Origin: an uncultured virus (IMG/VR IMGVR_UViG_3300046010_007863)
Lineage: Duplodnaviria; Heunggongvirae; Uroviricota; Caudoviricetes
DNA length: 64,000 bases
Virus record (IMG/VR): IMGVR_UViG_3300046010_007863
Reading direction: 5' to 3' (one strand)
The notes beneath the pieces are model-generated. The model worked only from the letters and a program-made list of their open reading frames with translations, was not told where the DNA came from and ran no database searches. This document shows positions 57,601-64,000 of this stretch, one piece after another. Position numbers and translations under genes: made by a program. Position 1 is the first letter of the stretch. Each line of letters opens with the position of its first letter.

Positions 57601-57866
57601 GTATGGAAAAGTTCATCTCATCACTTGCAATTCGTACTGCTCTTGTAAACGTATCATCTCTACCACGTCCAAACTTCATGGCAATCGACGAAGGATTTGG
57701 TGTATTGGATTCAGAAAATCTAAACTCACTTCATATGTTCTTCGATTATATGAAGACCCAATTTGACTTCCTCCTAACCATTTCCCATATTGATGCCCTT
57801 CGAGACATTATGGACTCTATCATCGAAATCAAGAAGGAAAACGGATTTTCAAACGTTCGATTTTAG
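54696..57866 (+). CDS. Fused SbcD/Mre11 nuclease - SbcC/Rad50 ATPase (gp47-gp46-like)
   Basis: ADVH, GDIVH, GNHD, GDIH, YAGS; Walker A NASGKS, Q-loop SLQG, zinc hook CKFC, TSGMEK, Walker B IDEGFGVLD, ISH. Confidence 0.93.
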   Translation: MIQQTLISKRVNKVDNVIHIADVHIRNFKRHDEYESVFNRVYDYCKEQVQQDKNTIIYLAGDIVHAKTDMSPELIVMTRNFLVNLSDIAPVLLIAGNHDMNLNNRNRLDALSPIVDSIDTPDFFYLKDTGVYNLGGVNFILNAVHEDPDNFIKAEDVVGDGIKVVFYHGAIDRADIGFGQTIKNNRINMDMFKDFDFGMFGDIHSFQYLHPNNKFAYAGSLIQQNFGEGLVHGIIHWNLREGKSTFVQIPNDWSHYTIDIDEGKFVNLPTEFSIHNRIRVRSYNTPNSELMKAVAKLKSIVKVDDIRIQKFSTKPTNGQTQSTISIGDVRDVEYQNKLIGDYLEKEFAVEEEVIDEVRKINRTINTNLNKSVVLRNVIWNPIKFEFDNMFSYGEGNKIDFSQMNGTYGIFAANASGKSSVLDALMFCIFDKCSRTFKASQVLNNKKDTFRCKFQFQINGKDYWIERIATKDKRGHVKVNVDFWHEESGEKISLNGDDRDGTNFAIRNYLGTYDDFIITAFSLQGNNTNFIDKAQRERKDLLAQFLDLNLFEELSTIASDEIKSVQTLIREYSRQDYSTKIATANDNLKRSQLDLDEINEERDLYRSRLDSKNEVIMELTKALKPIDDRLMGHNLEELTQKKDEFVRKVASCREETSRLEIELGDENKILSELQTQFDSIDSDKLQQDWEVLQETTQSISKTKHKLENIRLQISHNQSKIDKLSTHEYDPDCKFCTNNVFVQDAKSAEEILVDLNKERGILEFELAELEVIGHKLNYVEEQKKNYQDLERKVLGKQKQIHEIEKKISQNGITCDDLTSKTEKIEDLIISYVQNEGIIKENQQIQTKISVAERERNDFTSELKRLETKYITLAGEIKVYEKTIQDCAESIKKLQELEKQFKAYDFYLKAVNRNGVPYQLISDAMPKVQAEVNSILSQIVDFEILFETDGKSINTYIVYDDENFWPLEMTSGMEKFISSLAIRTALVNVSSLPRPNFMAIDEGFGVLDSENLNSLHMFFDYMKTQFDFLLTISHIDALRDIMDSIIEIKKENGFSNVRF

Positions 57867-57932
57867 GTAGATGTTTTAGTGTAATCCATATTTATACATA
57901 TGAGAAATGTGTATGTGTAAACATGGAGTCCC

Positions 57933-60900
57933 ATGCTAATAAAGAAGAAAAATAAACAGAATCTGAATCAGTTAAAACCTCAATTTATAGATATTAGTGA
58001 AAACTCGAAAGATTTTTTCAATATAACCTATATGCCAGAGGTTTTTACTGCTGGTAAAAACATAATAAAGTTTAGACCGTATCAACAGAGATTCACCGCA
58101 AAAGACCCAATTCTTTTTGAAATATTGGATTTCAATAGTGAACCAATATATTATGAGATTTTAGATTATAGAGATAGTGACGGGTCAACCGTAATTTCTG
58201 TTTATGTTTATGAAGATACTCCGGCTGGAAATTGTCTTATAACATTTTTTGGAACAGTTCTCTGTGACCAAAATCTCATAGCACTTCCTTCATCAGACAT
58301 AAAATCAAATAATTTCAGATTTAGTAAAATATTGTATGTAGATAAAAATAAGAGAAATGACTCTGAAATTATTTACATAACTCCACCGACTATTAGTATA
58401 AATGAACGAAAATACTCAATAGTTGAACAACATTTTTCTGGTTCAAGATATGGATTTTCAAGAGGAACGGCCTCTTATGAACTTGTTGGTGATAAACGTA
58501 GATTTATACCAACCGTTGGTAGTTTTTCACAAAGTTTTCAAAATGGAACTATAAATCTTAGAACACTATCCAATGATTATACGACTAAAGTAGATTATTC
58601 AACATCATCCTTTGCATATTCATCATCGGTTGTTTATGTAAAATCTCCAAAAGAATTGGAAGTAAAAGATGATGTAAAACTTTATGGACTAAGTGGTCAA
58701 CAAAGAACAATATCCACTATTCAAAATCAGTTATACGAAGTAACTTTTTCTGCAGACCCAATATCAAGAAGACTAACTCAAAATGATGTATCTTATGCCG
58801 TTTTAGATATTTCTGGATTAGAACCATCGACGGGTGATATATCAAGACTCAAAGTTTTTGCAAAATCAAAATTCAAACCAGAATCTGATTATGAGCTCAT
58901 TTATGATGATGAGATAAAAATAAAAAACAGACTAATTGACCAATCTTCTCCTGTTGTAGAATATGCAATAGGAAAATTTGATGCAACTAATACATATACC
59001 GTAAATTCTCATGCAGTAACGTATACATTCAATCCATCGGTATATTGGGAAGAATCTGCAATAAATACATCTTCTCCGTCAAAGACAGTTTCCGATTCTA
59101 TTTTATTTGGAGGACTTTCTCTAAACATAGTACCGTCAAATTTGATATTATCTGGTTCCTCTGAATTTATACTCACACAAACATCTAGTCTTACAGTACC
59201 ATTTTATAAAGACACGGACTATAGAGTAAAATTTGATTATCATGTCCAATCTCACCCATCCGAATCGAGAGGGCCAAAAATAGATGTATATGCAATCGGT
59301 GATTCCTTTGTTGAAGATACTTCACTTGGAAAATACGTCGGTGGAATCCCAACTGGTTCAAGAGCAAAAACAATTGATTTTGATTATGAACTGAAACTTC
59401 CAATAAATTCAGATGGCACCGGCCGTCTACGATTTGTAATGAGACCGGGATGTACAATATCGAACATTAGAATCGTAGAAGATATTGATTTTGGTTTTAC
59501 TCCAAATAGGATAAAACTTTATATCCCCACGCTCCAAGAACACAGAAACGAGTATTTAGATTTTAAGGTACAATTTTTCAATTACACATTGAGAGAAAGT
59601 AACAAATTATCTGAAGTTTATAATCTGTTTTTTCAAGGGGGTAACTACTATATCTATGGTAGTAATAATATAATAACAGGTTCTGTATATGTTTCATCTT
59701 TTTCAAGTAGTGGTATAGAACTTTATGGTAATACACAAGTAAGAGATATACGAAATCTATATGGTTGGGGCTATAATACAACTGGTGAACTCGGTATAGG
59801 TTCTACTACCGATGTTGATGTTCCAATTCAAGTTAGTTCATCAAAATGGAAAACAGTTTCGTATGGCGGTGATCATGGAATTGGAATTAGACAAGATGGT
59901 ACAGTGTGGGGATGGGGTACTAATACTAGTCTCGCAACACTTGGTCATGGAATAACAAATTCTAATGTTCTAATACCAACAAAACTTGGAACTGGTAGTA
60001 ATTGGAAAAATATAGAAAGTGGATATGCGTTTAGTCTTATCCAAGATACTAGTGGCAAACTTTATTCTTGGGGTGTAAACGGTAGTGGTCAACTTGGTGT
60101 AGGTGATACGTCTGATAGAACAACTATAACAAATCTATATTCACCTGTTTCAAATAGTATTTGGTTAGATTTTAGTGCTGGCCAGGCACATTCCGTTGCA
60201 ATCAAAGATGACAATACATTATGGGCATGGGGAACCAATGGTGATTATCAATTGGGTGATGGAACTACAACAACTAGACTTATACCTACACAAATTGGAA
60301 CTAGTTCTAATTGGTCTATCATTAGTGCTGGAGAACTACATAATCTTGCAATACAAACTAATGGAACACTTTGGGGATGGGGAAAAAATGATGCAGGCCA
60401 ACTTGGAACTGGAAACACTGCATCACAAACAATTCCAACTCAAATAGGAACTGGATCAGATTGGAAAAAGGTTTCTGCTGGTGGTTATATGTCTCTCGGT
60501 ATAAAAACCGATGGTACTCTGTGGGCATGGGGTAATGGGTATCTTGGAAATGTGAATGCGACGTCACAAAGTTTAGTACCAATAAAAATAGGAACGGGGT
60601 CTGATTGGGTTGATGTTGTAACTTCAAAAACAAGAGAATCCGTTGGTGCATCTTTTTCACTTGGAATTAGAAATACAAATAGTGATTATGAACTTTGGTC
60701 TTGGGGAGCAAATGGAGCTGGACAACTCGGTGACGGAAACTCACCAACGAATAATGGAATACCTACGTTAATTGGACATGATACTGAATATGCTGGAGAT
60801 GGTGGTGGGTGGGATGTAATCACAGTTGGTTGGTTTTCAAGTGCAGGTATATACTCAACAAAAACGGAAATGTCTGGATCTGTTCTTAGAAGTTCCGGAT

Positions 60901-63900
60901 TTAGTGGTATAGAATCTGCTATAGATAATCCAGATAAACCTACCAATTTTGGTTGGGGGTTTGCAACTGGAGACCCATACCTATTGGGGTATACATCATC
61001 CGTTGCTGTTGAAATGGTAAATGAATGTGGAGATCTTTTCAACTTTAGAACTGGTGAGACTGGGAGTGCTTTTAATTTAGCAGTAGTCGGTGAACATTCG
61101 TGGGCAATCATTGGTAATAGTGGATCATCCGGTCAAATTGGTTATGGTGGTGCTTCATCCGATTGTAGTGGTTCAAGTGGTGAATCTTACATAAAGTGGA
61201 ATGGTAGTACTGTTACTATCAAAAATGCAACATTTGATCCGCCCGTAGGTAGTGGTGGAACGGGTGGAACCGGCGGTTCAAATGGAACATCAGGGACATC
61301 GGGAATATCTGGTACTTCTGGAACATCGGGAATATCAGGAACACACGGTTCATCTGGAAAAAGTGTAGGATGTTCAATGTTCAATTTTACATCACTCCCT
61401 TCAACTGGAGATATGTACACATATGGAACACCCGATGGTACGTTTGATACAAATGTCACATCTATTGATATATCCGATACAGATGTAGACGGAAACAATG
61501 TTAACTCTGAATTAGCATCATTAGAAGTTGGTTCTGTATTTACATTTACTTTAAGTGGTAACACAATAAAATACAAAATAACTTCTATTTTAAGTGGAGG
61601 TGGAATTTACACATTCGGTGTATCATACGTTACAGGAACAACATATTCACCTGCACCAGGTGCAGATATAAAAGTGTGTTATTATGAAGGGAAACCAGGA
61701 ACATCCGGTTCTTCAGGAACTTCAGGTTCATCTGGATCATCCGGTACAAGTGGAACATCAGGTTCAACTGGTTCATCAGGTACATCAGGGACATCAGGTA
61801 CTTCAGGTTCAACTGGTTCATCGGGTTCAACTGGTTCATCTGGATCGTCTGGTACATCATTTTCAGGAACTTCTGGTGAAGCCGGTTCATCAGGAACATC
61901 AGGCACTTCAGGTTCAACTGGTTCATCAGGTTCAACTGGTTCATCAGGTTCAACTGGTTCATCAGGTTCAACTGGAACATCAGGTACATCAGGTACTTCA
62001 GGAACATCAGGTACTTCAGGTTCAACTGGAACATCAGGTACATCAGGTACTTCAGGAACATCAGGTACTTCAGGTTCAACTGGTTCATCGGGTTCATCGG
62101 GTACATCAGGTACTTCAGGAACATCAGGTACTTCAGGAACATCAGGTACTTCAGGTACTTCGGGAACATCAGGCACTTCAGGTTCAACTGGTTCATCAGG
62201 GACATCTGGTTCAACTGGTTCATCCGGCTCAACTGGTTCATCCGGGACATCTGGTCAAAACGGTTCATCGGGAACATCAGGTACTTCAGGAACATCTGGC
62301 TCATCTGGTACTTCAGGAACATCAGGTTCATCAGGTTCATCAGGAACATCAGGTACATCAGGTACTTCAGGAACATCAGGTACTTCAGGAACATCAGGTA
62401 CTTCGGGAACATCAGGTACGTCTGGTTCATCAGGAACAGGATTCACAACAATCTCAAACCCATCTGATAACCGTATTCTAACATCAGACGGTTCTGTAAA
62501 TTCTGCTGTTGCCGAACCTAACTTATCATTTGACGGGTCATCACTAACAGTAACTGGTTCCGTCGGTGTATCTGGTGATGTAATAGTTCAAGGTATTCTG
62601 AGAGCCCAAGAGTTCCATACAGAATTTGTGTCTGCATCCATCATTTACAGTAGTGGTTCAACCAAGTTTGGCGATACATTAGATGACACACATGATTTTA
62701 CAGGCTCAGTTAGAATAAACAATTCTTTATATGTCTATGGATTTGCATCAATAAGTGGATCACTTAGTGGTTCATTTATTGGAGAATCTACCGGCTCATT
62801 TACTGGTTCACTTAGAGGAATCTCAAATACAACTGGTTCTTTATCTGGCTCATTTAGAGGAGAAGCAACAGGATCATTTACTGGCTCATTTAGAGGTATA
62901 TCAAATGTAACGGGTTCACTAACTGGTTCATTTATAGGCGAAGGAACCGGTTCATTTACCGGCTCGTTTAGAGGAACTTCATTTACCACTGGTTCACTAA
63001 CCGGATCATTTATAGGTGAATCAACAGGTTCATTTACTGGTTCATTTAGAGGTATCTCAAACACAACAGGTTCTCTAACAGGTTCATTTATTGGAGAAGG
63101 AACTGGTTCATTTACTGGTTCATTTAGAGGCGTTTCGAATACTACGGGATCTCTAAATGGTTCATTCATTGGCGAAGCCACTGGATCATTCAGTGGCTCA
63201 CTTCGTGGACAATCATTTACTACGGGTTCATTCTCAGGTTCTCTTTTTGGAGTAATAGATAGTATCATTGACAATAATGTCAACAATTACGTAGTAACTG
63301 CAACGGGTGATTCAAAACTAAATGGGGAACAAAATCTTCAGTTTGATTCTACACCAACGAGAAAAGTTCTAAAACTTACAAGTGGTTTTATTGATCTAAC
63401 AGATGTTGATTCTTCAAATTTTGCAATTGGTAGTGGTTCACTATCTTCAATTACAACAGGTACTTCTAACCTTAGTATAGGTTCTGCATCACTTCGTTCA
63501 ACGACTGAAGGTTCTTTCAATATAGGCATTGGTATAGAGTCATTACGTTCAAATATAGACGGTAATCAAAATACTGCACTTGGACATTTCTCTCTTATAT
63601 CAAATACAGGTGGAGACCAAAATACCGCAATTGGTATAAATTCATTATACAATAATACAACGGGGAATTCAAATACTGCAATCGGTGCATTCTCACAATA
63701 TTCAAATCAAACTGGTCAATATAATGTTTCTCTTGGTAATGAATCGCTTTATCTGAATCAGACTTCAAATAGAAGTATTGCAATTGGTAATTCGGCACTT
63801 TATTCAAATACAAGAGATGGTAATATTGGTATTGGTTATAGTGTGATGTATAACAATACCACAGGTGAAGGAAATCTTGCAATTGGAACTAGTGCTATGT

Positions 63901-64000
63901 TGGAAAATACAACTGGTTCAAGAAACATTGCAATTGGAAATAAAACGTTGTATAATGCAATTGCATTTGATAACATTGCAATTGGTGCATCTGCATCCTT
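57933..64000 (+). CDS. Giant tail-fibre/adhesin-like protein (>2000 aa, runs off right edge; not in ORF track)
   Basis: ATG 57933 with GGAG RBS and TATTTATA at 57889; same frame confirmed at 59760, 61680 and 63960; RCC1 repeats, GTSGSS repeats, TGSF repeats, NxAIG repeats. Confidence 0.8.
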   Translation, partial: MLIKKKNKQNLNQLKPQFIDISENSKDFFNITYMPEVFTAGKNIIKFRPYQQRFTAKDPILFEILDFNSEPIYYEILDYRDSDGSTVISVYVYEDTPAGNCLITFFGTVLCDQNLIALPSSDIKSNNFRFSKILYVDKNKRNDSEIIYITPPTISINERKYSIVEQHFSGSRYGFSRGTASYELVGDKRRFIPTVGSFSQSFQNGTINLRTLSNDYTTKVDYSTSSFAYSSSVVYVKSPKELEVKDDVKLYGLSGQQRTISTIQNQLYEVTFSADPISRRLTQNDVSYAVLDISGLEPSTGDISRLKVFAKSKFKPESDYELIYDDEIKIKNRLIDQSSPVVEYAIGKFDATNTYTVNSHAVTYTFNPSVYWEESAINTSSPSKTVSDSILFGGLSLNIVPSNLILSGSSEFILTQTSSLTVPFYKDTDYRVKFDYHVQSHPSESRGPKIDVYAIGDSFVEDTSLGKYVGGIPTGSRAKTIDFDYELKLPINSDGTGRLRFVMRPGCTISNIRIVEDIDFGFTPNRIKLYIPTLQEHRNEYLDFKVQFFNYTLRESNKLSEVYNLFFQGGNYYIYGSNNIITGSVYVSSFSSSGIELYGNTQVRDIRNLYGWGYNTTGELGIGSTTDVDVPIQVSSSKWKTVSYGGDHGIGIRQDGTVWGWGTNTSLATLGHGITNSNVLIPTKLGTGSNWKNIESGYAFSLIQDTSGKLYSWGVNGSGQLGVGDTSDRTTITNLYSPVSNSIWLDFSAGQAHSVAIKDDNTLWAWGTNGDYQLGDGTTTTRLIPTQIGTSSNWSIISAGELHNLAIQTNGTLWGWGKNDAGQLGTGNTASQTIPTQIGTGSDWKKVSAGGYMSLGIKTDGTLWAWGNGYLGNVNATSQSLVPIKIGTGSDWVDVVTSKTRESVGASFSLGIRNTNSDYELWSWGANGAGQLGDGNSPTNNGIPTLIGHDTEYAGDGGGWDVITVGWFSSAGIYSTKTEMSGSVLRSSGFSGIESAIDNPDKPTNFGWGFATGDPYLLGYTSSVAVEMVNECGDLFNFRTGETGSAFNLAVVGEHSWAIIGNSGSSGQIGYGGASSDCSGSSGESYIKWNGSTVTIKNATFDPPVGSGGTGGTGGSNGTSGTSGISGTSGTSGISGTHGSSGKSVGCSMFNFTSLPSTGDMYTYGTPDGTFDTNVTSIDISDTDVDGNNVNSELASLEVGSVFTFTLSGNTIKYKITSILSGGGIYTFGVSYVTGTTYSPAPGADIKVCYYEGKPGTSGSSGTSGSSGSSGTSGTSGSTGSSGTSGTSGTSGSTGSSGSTGSSGSSGTSFSGTSGEAGSSGTSGTSGSTGSSGSTGSSGSTGSSGSTGTSGTSGTSGTSGTSGSTGTSGTSGTSGTSGTSGSTGSSGSSGTSGTSGTSGTSGTSGTSGTSGTSGTSGSTGSSGTSGSTGSSGSTGSSGTSGQNGSSGTSGTSGTSGSSGTSGTSGSSGSSGTSGTSGTSGTSGTSGTSGTSGTSGTSGSSGTGFTTISNPSDNRILTSDGSVNSAVAEPNLSFDGSSLTVTGSVGVSGDVIVQGILRAQEFHTEFVSASIIYSSGSTKFGDTLDDTHDFTGSVRINNSLYVYGFASISGSLSGSFIGESTGSFTGSLRGISNTTGSLSGSFRGEATGSFTGSFRGISNVTGSLTGSFIGEGTGSFTGSFRGTSFTTGSLTGSFIGESTGSFTGSFRGISNTTGSLTGSFIGEGTGSFTGSFRGVSNTTGSLNGSFIGEATGSFSGSLRGQSFTTGSFSGSLFGVIDSIIDNNVNNYVVTATGDSKLNGEQNLQFDSTPTRKVLKLTSGFIDLTDVDSSNFAIGSGSLSSITTGTSNLSIGSASLRSTTEGSFNIGIGIESLRSNIDGNQNTALGHFSLISNTGGDQNTAIGINSLYNNTTGNSNTAIGAFSQYSNQTGQYNVSLGNESLYLNQTSNRSIAIGNSALYSNTRDGNIGIGYSVMYNNTTGEGNLAIGTSAMLENTTGSRNIAIGNKTLYNAIAFDNIAIGASAS
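59750..60860 (+). repeat. RCC1/BLIP-II beta-propeller repeats within the giant ORF
   Basis: Repeated (L/V)WxWGxNxxGQLGxG...P.QIG..S.W..VSAG..H...I..DGT. Confidence 0.85.
61698..62440 (+). repeat. 9-bp-based Gly-(Thr/Ser)-(Ser/Thr) low-complexity repeat
   Basis: ggaacatca / ggtacttca / ggttcatca / ggttcaact units; a shorter block at about 61250-61355. Confidence 0.95.
62755..63245 (+). repeat. 78-bp (26-aa) TGSFTGSFRG...TGSLTGSFIGE repeat
   Basis: About six diverged copies in frame. Confidence 0.85.

Noticed and set aside
1266..57679. Many short track ORFs nested in or antisense to long genes
   Set aside because: They overlap well-supported genes and lack RBS or motifs
61187..63286. Track ORFs such as PDVPEVP..., HQVLQE..., MFLKYL... 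and NEPVNEP...
   Set aside because: Antisense or alternate-frame shadows of the Gly/Ser/Thr repeats in the giant plus-strand ORF
1..64000. Stop-codon reassignment
   Set aside because: Recognisable genes are intact in the standard code and end in TAA, TAG and TGA

Overview
A 64-kb slice of a large, AT-rich, tailed dsDNA phage genome with T4-superfamily (myovirus-type) architecture and a probable FCB-group/Bacteroidota host. Host evidence: TTTG...TAnnTTTG promoters, a DUF4494-like gene and a FISUMP-domain gene. Positions ~1-18 kb are an early/accessory region of many small ORFs, a divergent MoxR-type AAA+ ATPase / vWA-metallopeptidase pair and a PolB-type exonuclease. This region is punctuated by a repeated 25-bp palindrome (IHF-like site) that in four places sits a fixed 5 bp from a perfect DnaA box, directly upstream of a promoter. 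Positions ~18-30 kb hold auxiliary genes (lysozyme/SLT, glycosyltransferase, ThyX, FISUMP, UvsE, ClpP, gp55-like sigma factor). Positions ~30-53 kb are a baseplate/virion module: spike, CHAP-like hydrolase, gp25, gp6 and five tandem paralogues. Positions 53-58 kb encode an endonuclease I-type resolvase, a primase and a fused Mre11-Rad50. A giant fibre-like ORF (RCC1 repeats, Gly/Ser/Thr repeats, NxAIG repeats) runs from 57933 off the right edge. I saw no tRNA, rRNA, CRISPR array, integrase or reverse transcriptase. The most notable observations are the palindrome+DnaA-box+promoter module, a RebB (R-body)-like motif in a phage membrane protein, a G/C-tract inverted-repeat island, a free-standing copy of the AAA N-domain behind a 3-way-junction RNA, and strong TTAA avoidance. 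All calls are by-eye motif recognition; no searches were run.
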